Below are positions 1 to 9,780 of a stretch of DNA of 64,000 nt, in pieces; position 1 is the stretch's first letter, and each line of letters starts with the position of its first letter. Position numbers and translations under genes: made by a program. This DNA is from an uncultured Chloroflexia bacterium (GTDB lineage: Bacteria; Chloroflexota; Dehalococcoidia; DSTF01; JALHUB01), in assembly GCA_963726245.1 (NCBI GenBank), contig CAVSBT010000017.1:32001-96000 (forward strand), given 5' to 3'. The notes beneath the pieces were generated by a model. That model was not told where the DNA came from. It saw only the letters and a list, made by a program, of their open reading frames with translations, and did no database searches.

Positions 1-1
1 G

Positions 2-604
2 GGCCGCCACCAGTTGGAGAACGCCGCCACGGCCGTCCTGGCCCTGGAGTGCCTGGCCGACCACGGCCTCGCGATCCCGGAGGCGGCCCTGCGCCGCGGC
101 CTGCAGGAGGTGCGCTGGCCGGCGCGACTGGAGATTGTCCGCCGCCGGCCCCTGGTGGTCCTGGACGGCGCCCACAACGTCGATTCCGTGCGGCGCCTCT
201 GCCAGGCCCTGGAGGAGTACGTGTCCTACTCGCGGGCCATCGTCGTGGCGGGCTTCTCCGCCGACAAAGACTTCGGCGCCATCGCCGCCGAGCTGGAGCG
301 GCTGCCCCGCCTGGCCCAGGTGATCGCCACGCGCTCGCCTCACCCGCGGGCCGCGCCCGCAGACGCGGTGGCGGCGGCCTTCCGGGAGCGTGGGATCGAG
401 ACGAGCCGGGAGGATGACGTGCCGGCAGCCCTGGAGGCCGCCCTGAGCCTGGCGTCGCCCGACGACATGGTCTGCGTCATGGGCTCTCTGTTCGTGGCCG
501 CCGAGGCGCGGCGGCACATCCTGGGCCTGGAGACGGACCCGGCGTTGCCGCCGGCCGGTCTCGCCTCCGCCTCCGGCAGCAGGCGGGGCGCAGGGACGGC
601 GTAG
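2..604 (+). CDS. folC: Folylpolyglutamate synthase/dihydrofolate synthase, C-terminal part (runs off window start)
   Basis: GRHQLENAATA, WPARLE, VVLDGAHN and VMGSLFVA motifs typical of FolC. Confidence 0.9.
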   Translation, partial: GRHQLENAATAVLALECLADHGLAIPEAALRRGLQEVRWPARLEIVRRRPLVVLDGAHNVDSVRRLCQALEEYVSYSRAIVVAGFSADKDFGAIAAELERLPRLAQVIATRSPHPRAAPADAVAAAFRERGIETSREDDVPAALEAALSLASPDDMVCVMGSLFVAAEARRHILGLETDPALPPAGLASASGSRRGAGTA

Positions 605-638
605 GGCCGGCTTCACGGGGAAGGAGGCGTCGAGAGCG

Positions 639-1897
639 ATGGGCCCCACCAACAGCCGCTGCAGGGTAGTGATCACCGGCATGGGCGCCATCACGCCGCT
701 GGGCCTCACCGTAGAGGAGTTCTGGCAGGGCTGCGTCGAGGGGCGGTCCGGCGCCGGGCCCATCACGCTGATCGACTCGACGAACTACCCCGTCCAGATC
801 GCCTGCGAGGTGAAGGGCTTCGATCCGCTCAACTACATGGACCGCCACGAGGCGCGTCGCATGGCCCGCTTCAGCCAGATGGCTGTTGCCGCCGCGCGCC
901 AGGCTCTGGAGGACGCCGGCCTGCGGCTGGAGAAGGAGGACACGACCCGCATCGGCGTTCTCATCGGCAACGGCAACGGCGGTCTCCCGAACACGGAGGA
1001 GGCGGTCCGCACTCTCGTCGAGAAGGGGGGCATGCGCGTCGACCCCTTCTTCGTAGTCAAGATGCTCCCCAATATGGCAGCCTCCCAGATCGCCCTTCAG
1101 TTCGGAGTGAGCGGCTACAACAACACTGTCACCACGGCCTGCGCCGCCGGCACGCAGGCCATGGGCGACGCTGTCGAACGGCTGCGCCACGGCCGCGCGG
1201 AGGTGATGCTGGCAGGAGGGACCGAGGCCGGCATCTGTGAGCTGGGGCTCTCTGCCTTCTCAGTGATGCGAGTCCTCTCCACCCGAAACGACGAGCCGAC
1301 GAAGGCCAGCCGCCCCTTCGATGCGCAGCGCGACGGCTTCGTCTGCGGCGAGGGCGCCGCCGTCTTCGTGATGGAGACGCCTGGAGCACGCGCGGCGGCG
1401 CGACGCCCGCATCCTGGCCGAGCTGGCGGGCTACGGCGCCTCCGCCGACGCCTACCACCTGGTGGCGCCCTGTCCTGACGGCAACGGCGCTGCCCGCGCC
1501 ATGCGCGGGGCCCTCAAGGACGCCGGCGTCGCGCCCGAGGAGGTGGACTACATCAACGCGCACGGCACCTCGACAGTCCTGAACGACGCCGTGGAGACGC
1601 GGGCCATCAAAGCCGTCTTCGGCGAGCTTCGCCCATCGCGTGCCCGTCAGCTCCACCAAGTCCATGGTCGGTCACGGCCTGGCGGCCTCGGGCGCCATCG
1701 AGTCGGTGGCCTGCGTCAAGACCCTCCAGACCGGGATCATCCATCCCACCATCAACTACGAGTTCCCGGACCCGCAGTGCGACCTGGACTACGTCCCGAA
1801 CCAGGCCCGCACGGCCGATGTGCGGGTGATCCTGAAGAACAGCTTCGGGTTCGGAGGCCAGAACGCCTGCCTGGTCCTCCGGCGATTCGAGGAGTAG
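639..1897 (+). CDS. fabF: 3-oxoacyl-ACP synthase II (two apparent indels)
   Basis: [20 protein letters not shown] catalytic Cys, [29 protein letters not shown] across ORFs 639-1478, 1462-, 1640-1897. Confidence 0.92.
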
Positions 1898-1898
1898 C

Positions 1899-2883
1899 GT
1901 GCACCTTCTGGTCGTCGGCGGGGCCGGCTACATCGGCAGCGTGACGGTGGCGGAAGCCCTGGCCGCCGGGCACCGGGTCACCGTCTACGATAGCCTCGTC
2001 ACGGGCCACCGCGCCGCCATCAGCCCCGGCGCCGCGCTTCGTCCAGGGCGACATCTGCGGACGCCGCCGGCCTGGACCGCCTGCTGGCCGAGGGTCGCCC
2101 CGACGGCGTCGTCTACTACGGGGGCTTCATCGCCGCTGGCGAGTCGATGGAGAAGCCGGGCCTCTACTTCGCCATCAACATCTCCGGCGTCATCACCCTT
2201 CTGAACGCGATGGTCGACCACGGCGTGCGCCGCTTTGTGTTCAGCTCCAGCGCCGCCATCTACGGCGACCCGGAGACGCTGCCCATACCCGAGGATGCGG
2301 CCATCACGCCCCACGAACCCCTACGCGGAGACCAAGGTGGTCGTGGAGCGCCTCCTGGCCTGGTACGACTCCCTGTGCGGCCTGCGCTCCGTCTCCCTGC
2401 GCTACTTCAACGCCGCCGGCGCCAGCGAGACTCTGGGCGAGGACCACCGGCCGGAGACGCACCTCATCCCGACGGTCCTCCAGGTGGCCCTGGGCCGCCT
2501 GCCCGCCCTGGACCTCTACGGCACGGACTACCCGACGCCCGACGGCACCTGCGTCCGCGACTACGTGCACGTGCTGGACCTGGCGCGGGCCCACCTGCTG
2601 GCCCTGGCGCGACACTGCGCACGACGGGAGCGCCGCCTACAACCTGGGCAACGGCCGCGGCTTCTCCAACCGTCAGGTCATCGAGGCGGCGCGGCGTGTC
2701 ACCGGCCATCCGATTCCGGTGCGGGAGCGCCCTCGGCGCCCCGGCGACCCCGTATCCCTCATCGCCAGCAGCGAGAAGGCGCATCGTGAGCTGGGGTGGG
2801 AGCCTCAGTTCCCCCACCTGGAGGACATAATCGAAAGCGCCTGGCACTGGCGCCAGGCGCACCCCGAAGGCTATCCAGAGTAG
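1899..2883 (+). CDS. galE: UDP-glucose 4-epimerase (several indels)
   Basis: [24 protein letters not shown] (YxxxK), [36 protein letters not shown]. Confidence 0.92.
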
Positions 2884-2941
2884 CCGGGCGCTGGCAGAAG
2901 CTGGTTCCGGGTCTGCTGGGAGGCCCCCTTGCGGCAGACCC

Positions 2942-3002
2942 GTCATTCTGAGCGCAGCGAAGAATCTGACCCAGCGAGACCCCTCGCTTCGCTCAGGGTG
3001 AC
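2942..3002. repeat. REP/MITE-like imperfect palindrome between convergent genes
   Basis: gtcattctgagcgcagcga ... tcgcttcgctcagggtgac inverted arms. Confidence 0.7.
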
Positions 3003-3030
3003 GTAACGGCGGCGTTTGTCAGCAGACGGT

Positions 3031-3756
3031 CTAGCTCTGGGGACGCTTGGGGAGGCGGCTGAAGCGCAGTCGCAGCAGGCCGCGTATGTCCTCCGATACC
3101 GTGCTGGCGATCTTCACGCGCGTGTCGGCATCCTCCACCCAGCGCACGGGGACTTCCTTGATGCGGTAGCCGCCCTTTTCGGCCAGGATCAGGAGCTCCG
3201 TGTCGAAGAACCACTCCTCGTTTTTGATCAGGGGCACCAGCTCCCGCGCCGCCTGACGGCTGATCGCCTTGAAGCCGCACTGGGCGTCGGAGAAGCGGGT
3301 GAAGTGGATGGCCTTGATGATCAGGTTGTAGATCCGAGAGATGGTATCACGCCGGAAGGAGCGGGTGGTGTGCGCGCCCCGCGCCAGGCGTGAGCCGATC
3401 GCCACGTCGTAGCCGCCGACGGCGATGGCGTCCACCAGCGGCGGTAGCGCCGAGAGGTCCGTGGAGAGGTCCACGTCCATGTAGGTGAGGACATCGGCGT
3501 CGCTGCCCAGCCAGGCGGCCCGCAGAGCCCTGCCGCGGCCTTTCAGCGGCAGGTGAACGACGGCTACCTCTCCTGGGTACTGCTCGGCCAGTCCCTGGGC
3601 CACGGCTAGGGTTCCGTCGGTGGAGGCGTTGTCGGCGACGACGATCCGCCAGGTGTGGGGCAGGCTGTCCCGCAGGAAGGCCCGCAGTGTTTCCACGCTG
3701 CCGACCAGCACGTGCTCTTCGTTGTAGACCGGGATGACGACGTCGACGCTGGCCAA
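3031..3756 (-). CDS. GT2 glycosyltransferase (polyprenol-phosphate glycosyltransferase-like)
   Basis: VVIPVYNE, DNASTDGT, YMDVDLS (DxD), DAQCGFK, WFFDTELL. Confidence 0.88.
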   Translation of the reverse strand: MASVDVVIPVYNEEHVLVGSVETLRAFLRDSLPHTWRIVVADNASTDGTLAVAQGLAEQYPGEVAVVHLPLKGRGRALRAAWLGSDADVLTYMDVDLSTDLSALPPLVDAIAVGGYDVAIGSRLARGAHTTRSFRRDTISRIYNLIIKAIHFTRFSDAQCGFKAISRQAARELVPLIKNEEWFFDTELLILAEKGGYRIKEVPVRWVEDADTRVKIASTVSEDIRGLLRLRFSRLPKRPQS

Positions 3757-3855
3757 GGCTGTGCTCTACTTTCTGGACACCGGCGGCGCCCGGGACGAAG
3801 GAGGAGTGGACGTCCGGGCGCCGAATAGGGAGTGGCCTTCCCCCGGTATCGACTG

Positions 3856-4914
3856 CTATTCGGTTGTGCTGAGCGCATCCTCCAGCGTGCGCGCCAGGCT
3901 CAAGGGGTCGCTGGAGACGACGCTGGCGGCGTACAGCTCCATCGCGCCGAAGTCGGCGGTGCGGCTCAGCGGGTCGCCCCTGTCCACAATGCGCACCATC
4001 ACCGGGAAGCCCTCCCAGCTCTCCTCGGTGGGCGCCAGGGGCGGCGTGTAGATGACCAGGTTGAATGACGTGACGCCCAGCCGGTCACGGAGGCAGGTCA
4101 GGACGTCGTAGATGGTGTCCTTGAGGCCGTCGGAGAGCGATGGCGCCATCAGGATCACCTCGTTCTCCTTGACGGGAGCGAGACTGGCGAGCACGCGGAC
4201 GCCGTCGCGCTCGAAGCCGCAGCCGACGTAGCTGTGCACCTTGTACAGGTCCTCGAAGTAGTTGCTGCGGTAGTTGGCCTGGTAGAAGAGGGCCGAACGG
4301 CGCAGGTGCTCGATGGCGGCGTAGTGCATGTCGTGGCCCAGCATGACCTGCGCGTGGCCGTGGATGAGGGAGGCCCCCGCCCGCCACAGACAGTTCCAGA
4401 GGAAGAGGTAGTACTTGGCCGCCGGGTCGCTGCGCTGCGCCAGCTCAGCCCACCGGCTTCCGGTGTCGATGTAGTCGTGGAGCATCTCTCGGTCGAAGCG
4501 CAGAGGGTGGCGCTCCTGGAACACGATGAGAGCATGCCAGCCGTCGAACTTGGCGATGTTGCTGGCCGTGAGGCAGTAGCGTCCCTCCACCCGCCCGAAG
4601 GTGTCCTCCGGTGTGCCCTCTTGCGGCGAGGCCAGTGGGTCGTGGTTGCCGCGGGCCAGCTCGGCTTCCAGGTCCAGGCCGGGGGCCGTCCAGTGCGGCC
4701 GGTGAGAGCGGAGCCAGTTGAAGAGGACCCCCTGGAGGGTGACCAGGTTGGTCACCTTGACGATCTTCTGGACCAGGGTCGCCTCTACCCGCCCGAAGTG
4801 CTGCTGGATCCAGGGCAGCATGGACTCCGGCGGCACCAGCCGCCCGTAGGTCACCCCCACGTGGAATAGACGCTCGAATAGCGTTCTCTCGGCCTGAGGA
4901 AGGTTAGCTACCAC
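3856..4914 (-). CDS. GalT/HIT-superfamily nucleotidyltransferase-like protein
   Basis: WNCLWRAGASLIHGHAQ matches GalT-type AGASxxHxHxQ motif; true start probably near 4950. Confidence 0.6.
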   Translation of the reverse strand: MVANLPQAERTLFERLFHVGVTYGRLVPPESMLPWIQQHFGRVEATLVQKIVKVTNLVTLQGVLFNWLRSHRPHWTAPGLDLEAELARGNHDPLASPQEGTPEDTFGRVEGRYCLTASNIAKFDGWHALIVFQERHPLRFDREMLHDYIDTGSRWAELAQRSDPAAKYYLFLWNCLWRAGASLIHGHAQVMLGHDMHYAAIEHLRRSALFYQANYRSNYFEDLYKVHSYVGCGFERDGVRVLASLAPVKENEVILMAPSLSDGLKDTIYDVLTCLRDRLGVTSFNLVIYTPPLAPTEESWEGFPVMVRIVDRGDPLSRTADFGAMELYAASVVSSDPLSLARTLEDALSTTE

Positions 4915-5033
4915 TTCGTCCAGATCAACGATTCTCGACTTCGGATGCCATTGCCATGTCTGTACCCCGCCTTGCCATCGGCCTGTCCGCCGGTCCTCCC
5001 TGCCAGCCAGACGGCCAGCCCACCAGGATGGGC

Positions 5034-6588
5034 CTAGTGTCTGAAGTGTCTCATCCCTGTAAATACCATGGCCATGCCATGGTCGTCTGCAACTTTGATC
5101 GCTTCCTCGTCGCGGATCGAGCCGCCGGGCTGGATGATAGCCGTGACGCCTCCCTCGGCGGCCAGCTCCACGCCGTCGGGGAAGGGGAAGAAGGCGTCCG
5201 AGGCCAGCACGGTGCCGCGCGAACGCTCGCCGGCGATGCGCAGGGCCAGGTGCACGCTCGTCACACGGTTCGGCTGGCCCGCGCCCATGCCCACCAGCGC
5301 CTGGTCCTTGACCAGCACTATGGCGTTGGACTTCACGTGCTTGACGGCTCGCCAGGCGAAGCGCAGGTCGCGCAGCTCTCCGGCCGTGGGCTCGCGCTTC
5401 GTGACGGTTCTCAGACTCAGCTCGCTTTCGGGCGCTCGGTCCTCGTCCTGCAAGAGCGCGCCGCCCGACACCTGCCGGTACTGCAGCGCGGCCGCGGACG
5501 TGCCGCCCGTCACCTGGAGCACCCGCAGGTTGCGCTTCTTCTGCAGCAGGGCGAGCGCCTCCTCCTCGTAGCCGGGCGCTACCACCACCTCATAGAAGGT
5601 GCTGCTCATCTCGCGGGCCATCTCCGCCGAAAGGGGCCGGTTGACGGCCACGATGCCGCCGTAGGCCGAGACCGGGTCGCCGGCCAGGGCCCGCCGATAG
5701 GCCTCCGCCTGGTCGGGCTGACTGGCCAGGCCGCAAGGATTGGTGTGCTTCACTACGGCCACCGTGCCCTCCTCGAAGTCAGAGACGGCATGCCAGGCCG
5801 CGTCGGCGTCGACGATGTTGTTGTAGGAGATCTCCTTGCCGTGAAGCTGCTTCGCGCCCGCGATGCCGCCTGACCGGCCGGGCAGCGACTGGTCGATGTA
5901 GAGAGCGGCCTTTTGATGCGGGTTTTCGCCATACCTAAGATTCAAACGCATTCGGAGCCCGATTGTTATGGCCTCCGGCAGCGTTTGGCCCGTTTCCGGC
6001 GATTCTTCACTTTTCTCCCGCGTGCGGAGATAGCCGGCGATGGCGGTATCGTAGAGGGCCACGTGCTGGAAGGCCTTCTGGGCCAGCCGCCGCCGCTCCT
6101 CGAAGGCGACAGCGCCCGCGCGCAGCGAGTCGAGGAGCGGGTCGTAGTCCTCCGGGTCCACCACGACCAGCACGTGGGGGAAGTTCTTGGCGGCCGCCCG
6201 CAGGAGCGTCGGCCCGCCGATGTCGATGTTCTCCAGGGCGTCTTCCAGGCTCGCGTTGGCCCTGGACACCGTCTCCACGAAGGGGTAGAGGTTGCAGACC
6301 ACCAGGTCGATGGTGCGGAGGCCGTGGCTGCGCCAGCTCTTCCATGTGCTCCGGCCGGTCGCGGCGGGCCAGGATGCCGCCGTGCACGCCGGGGTGCAGC
6401 GTCTTCACGCGTCCGTCCAGGATCTCGGGGAAGCCGGTGAGGTCGGAGAGGCTGCAGACGCGGATGCCGGCCGAGGCGAGCGCGGAGTGGGTGCCGCCGG
6501 TGCTGTACACTTCTGCGCCCAGCTCGACCAGGCCGCGGGCGAACTCCACCAGACCCTTCTTGTCAGAAACGCTGAGAATAGCTCGCAT
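5034..6588 (-). CDS. purH: Bifunctional AICAR transformylase/IMP cyclohydrolase (one indel near 6320)
   Basis: [62 protein letters not shown]. Confidence 0.95.
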
Positions 6589-6750
6589 AGCCTAATCCTT
6601 GATGAAACGGCATTCTGTCCCCAAGTGCCGAATGTACTGATCGCGGGTTACAAAGAGCCTGAGCAGTGTGGGGCTTACGGTGGGATGGGGAATGGGTTTC
6701 CTCCGGGGGCGGGGTTGGCTGACGGCGCGCCACTCGCCATCGCAGGTCAG

Positions 6751-6779
6751 ACAATAACGGGTTGGAGGGTTGGTGTAAA
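6751..6779 (-). promoter_or_regulatory. Candidate sigma70 promoter for purH
   Basis: TTTACA-17 nt-TATTGT on the minus strand, about 160 nt upstream of the purH ATG. Confidence 0.45.
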
Positions 6780-6859
6780 GTCGCTAGCGTTGCGTCAGTT
6801 GGTGTTCAGGGGGAGCAAGAACACAAGTGGCTCACTGAGCCGGCCGGTGCTGGCCCATC

Positions 6860-7918
6860 CTAGCTTAGGATCACAGCCTCTGCCCGCTCCCGTCGCACCA
6901 CACGCCCCACGGCCTTCGCCTCCGGCAGCGACGCCTGCACGGCCGCCGCGCCCTCCTGGGAGCAGGCCAGGACCATGCCCAGCCCCATGTTGAACACGCG
7001 GTACATCTCGTCGTCGCTGATGCCGCCGGTCTTCTGGATCAGCTCGAAGATGGGCGGCACGCGCCACGAGCCTTTGTCGAACCGCGCCGCCAGACCCTCC
7101 GGCATGATGCGGGCCACGTTGCCGGGGATGCCGCCTCCGGTTATGTGGGCCAAGCCCTTGACGTGACTCAGAAGCGGACTCATCTCGGGGTAGTAGCAGC
7201 GGTGAGGGATGAGCAGCACCTCGCCCAGGGTGACGCCCAGGCCGGGGTAGTAGCGGTCGAGGACCTGCCTCTGGCGGACCGTATCGCCGCCCTTACCGAT
7301 GTCGAAGACCTGCCGCACCAGCGAGTAGCCGTTCGTGTGGAGGCCGCTGGAGGGCAGGCCCAGCAGCACGTCGCCCTCTTCGATGCGGGAGACGTCGATG
7401 ATGCGGTCGCGCTCCACGACGCCGACGATGAAGCCCGCCAAGTCGAAGTCGCCGGGGGCATAGAGGTCGGGCATGTCGGCGGTCTCGCCGCCGATGAGCG
7501 CGCAGTCGGCGGCGCGGCAGGCGGAGACCAGCCCGCGCACCAGCGCCACCTTCTCTTCGTCGCCCAGGTCGCTGCTCGCCAGGTAGTCGAGGAAGAAGAG
7601 GGGCTCGGCGCCGGCGGTGAGGATGTCGTTGACGCAGTGGTTGACGAGGTCGACGCCGACTGTGTCGTAGCGGCCCAGGAGGGCGGCCAGCTTCAGCTTG
7701 GTGCCCACGCCGTCGGCGCTGGCCACCAGCACCGGCTCTCGATACCGGCCGAGGCGAAAGAGGCCGGCGAAGGGCCCGACGCCGGCCAGAACCTCGGGCC
7801 GGCCGGCGCTCCGCACCAGCTCCTTGATCCGGCCCACCAGCCGCTCCGCGGCGTCGATGTCGACGCCGGCCGCCGCGTAGGTGGAGCGCTCTTCACTGCT
7901 GTTGTCCAAGGGGTTCAC
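6860..7918 (-). CDS. purM: Phosphoribosylformylglycinamidine cyclo-ligase (AIR synthetase)
   Basis: YAAAGVDI, DGVGTKL, GAEPLFFLDY, IGGETA, SSGLHTNGYSL, HITGGG, VFNMGLG. Confidence 0.96.
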   Translation of the reverse strand: MNPLDNSSEERSTYAAAGVDIDAAERLVGRIKELVRSAGRPEVLAGVGPFAGLFRLGRYREPVLVASADGVGTKLKLAALLGRYDTVGVDLVNHCVNDILTAGAEPLFFLDYLASSDLGDEEKVALVRGLVSACRAADCALIGGETADMPDLYAPGDFDLAGFIVGVVERDRIIDVSRIEEGDVLLGLPSSGLHTNGYSLVRQVFDIGKGGDTVRQRQVLDRYYPGLGVTLGEVLLIPHRCYYPEMSPLLSHVKGLAHITGGGIPGNVARIMPEGLAARFDKGSWRVPPIFELIQKTGGISDDEMYRVFNMGLGMVLACSQEGAAAVQASLPEAKAVGRVVRRERAEAVILS

Positions 7919-7969
7919 CAGCGGCAGGGGAGCTGAGGAGTCACGCTGGACGGCGGTCCTTCGCCAATC

Positions 7970-9490
7970 CTACGCCGGGTCTTTGCGTAGCGCCGGCGTT
8001 GGCGCCAGCTCCGGCCACTCGGTGTCGTGCCGGTCGCGGGCGCCCAGGGCCGGTTCCAGGGCCAGCTTGTCCATCTGAATAGGCACCGACATCGGGTATT
8101 CGCCGTTGAAGCAGGCCATGCAGAAGCTCCCGCGTCCGGACGGCTGCGCGCCGGGCTGGTCTCCGTTTGCCTCTGGCTTGGGCTGGCTCACGGCCTTGAC
8201 CAGTCCCTCCTCGCTCAGGTAGCCGAGGCTGTCCGCCCCGATGTGGCGCCGGATTTCGTCCACCGTCTTGTGGGAGGCGATGAGCTCCCAGCGGCTGGCC
8301 ATGTCCACCCCGAAGAAGCAGGGATGAGTGATGGGCGGCGCCGTGATGCGCATGTGGACCTCGCGGGCGCCGGCCCGCCGCAGCATCTCCACCACCCGCG
8401 GCGTCGTCGTCCCCCGCACGATGCTGTCGTCCACCACCACCACGCGGCGGCCCTCCAGCACCTCGCGCAGGGGGTTGAACTTCAGGTGCACGCCCATGTC
8501 GCGGATGCGCTGGTCGGGCATGATGAACGTGCGGCCGACGTAGCGGTTCTTGACCAGCCCCTCGACGAAGGGGATGCGCGATTCCTGGGCGTAGCCTACG
8601 GCCGCCGCTGTCGCCGAATCGGGCACCCCGATGACGACGTCGGCTTCGACGGGGTGCTCGCGGGCGAGCTGGGCGCCCATGGCCATGCGCACCGAGTAGA
8701 GCAGCTTGCCCCGCATGACGCTGTCCGGGCGGGCAAAGTAGATGTACTCGAAGATGCAGAAGGCTTCGCGCGGGCTTCCCATGGCCTGGTAGAGCTGTGG
8801 ACGCCATCGCTGTCGATGAACGAGGGCCTCGCCGGGCTCGACCTCCCGCACGAAGGTGGCGCCCAGGTGGTCGAGGGCGCACGTCTCCGAGGCCACCGCC
8901 CAGCCGCCGTTGAGGCGTCCCAGGCAAAGGGGCCGCACCCCCAACGGATCGCGGGCTGCCATGAGGCAGGTGGGCGTCAAGACCACCAGGCAGTAGGCCC
9001 CGCGCAGCCGGCGCATCAGGTAGGCGAAGCGCTCCTGCCAGTCGCTGCCGGGGGCGGTCGCCAGCGCTCTGGCGATCACCTCGGAGTCGGTGGCGGTCAC
9101 AAACTGCTGCCCCTGCTCCTCGAGGTCGGCCCGCACGGTGTCGGCGTTGACGACGTTCCCGTTGTGACCGAGGGCGAGCGGCCCGTTTGGGCCGTCGACC
9201 TGGATGGGCTGGGCGTTCTGGATGCGGCTGGAGCCGGTGGTGGAGTAGCGCGTGTGGCCGATGGCGATGCTGCCGGGGAGATAGCCGAGGTCCTCTTCGT
9301 CGAAGACCTGGGCCACGAGGCCCATGCCGGTGCGCAGGTGGATCTCGCGGCCGTCGGCTGTGGCTATGCCGGCGCTCTCCTGGCCGCGGTGCTGTAGTGC
9401 GTAAAGGCCAAAAAAAGTAATCCTGGCAACATCTTCTCCAGGCGCATAGACACCGAAGATGCCGCAGGATTCGCGGGGGCCTGAATGCAA
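7970..9490 (-). CDS. purF: Amidophosphoribosyltransferase
   Basis: CGIFG, LQHRGQESAGI, GHTRYSTTG, CIFEYIYFARPDS, VDDSIVRGTT. Confidence 0.96.
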   Translation of the reverse strand: MHSGPRESCGIFGVYAPGEDVARITFFGLYALQHRGQESAGIATADGREIHLRTGMGLVAQVFDEEDLGYLPGSIAIGHTRYSTTGSSRIQNAQPIQVDGPNGPLALGHNGNVVNADTVRADLEEQGQQFVTATDSEVIARALATAPGSDWQERFAYLMRRLRGAYCLVVLTPTCLMAARDPLGVRPLCLGRLNGGWAVASETCALDHLGATFVREVEPGEALVHRQRWRPQLYQAMGSPREAFCIFEYIYFARPDSVMRGKLLYSVRMAMGAQLAREHPVEADVVIGVPDSATAAAVGYAQESRIPFVEGLVKNRYVGRTFIMPDQRIRDMGVHLKFNPLREVLEGRRVVVVDDSIVRGTTTPRVVEMLRRAGAREVHMRITAPPITHPCFFGVDMASRWELIASHKTVDEIRRHIGADSLGYLSEEGLVKAVSQPKPEANGDQPGAQPSGRGSFCMACFNGEYPMSVPIQMDKLALEPALGARDRHDTEWPELAPTPALRKDPA

Positions 9491-9780
9491 TATTCTCTCC
9501 TGCCCAGAAGCAGCCCCAACTGCGGGCAGGGAGGCCGGTCCTTCGGCGGGCAGGGCAGATGCCCTGTCTAGGGTCCTCTCCCTGGCGGCCGCCAGGCCCT
9601 CCTCCGCGCCGCACCCTGGCAGCCAGATTGTATCATCCGGCCACGAGGCCGGTCAAACGCGAGCCCTGGTGCCGCCGTAGGCGTCGAGCCGATTGACGCT
9701 GCCTGGGATGCCCCATAGAATTTGGGCTTGACGGCCCCGAACTGTCGGGGCCTATCCATACGAGCTGACAGGAGCAACCG

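Noticed and set aside
6700-6730. CCGTCAGCCAACCCCG resembling the c-di-AMP riboswitch 3' motif
   Set aside because: The upstream conserved elements are missing or in the wrong order.
9600-9780. T-box riboswitch upstream of valS
   Set aside because: No T-box consensus or specifier stem seen; the region between divergent purF and valS is short.
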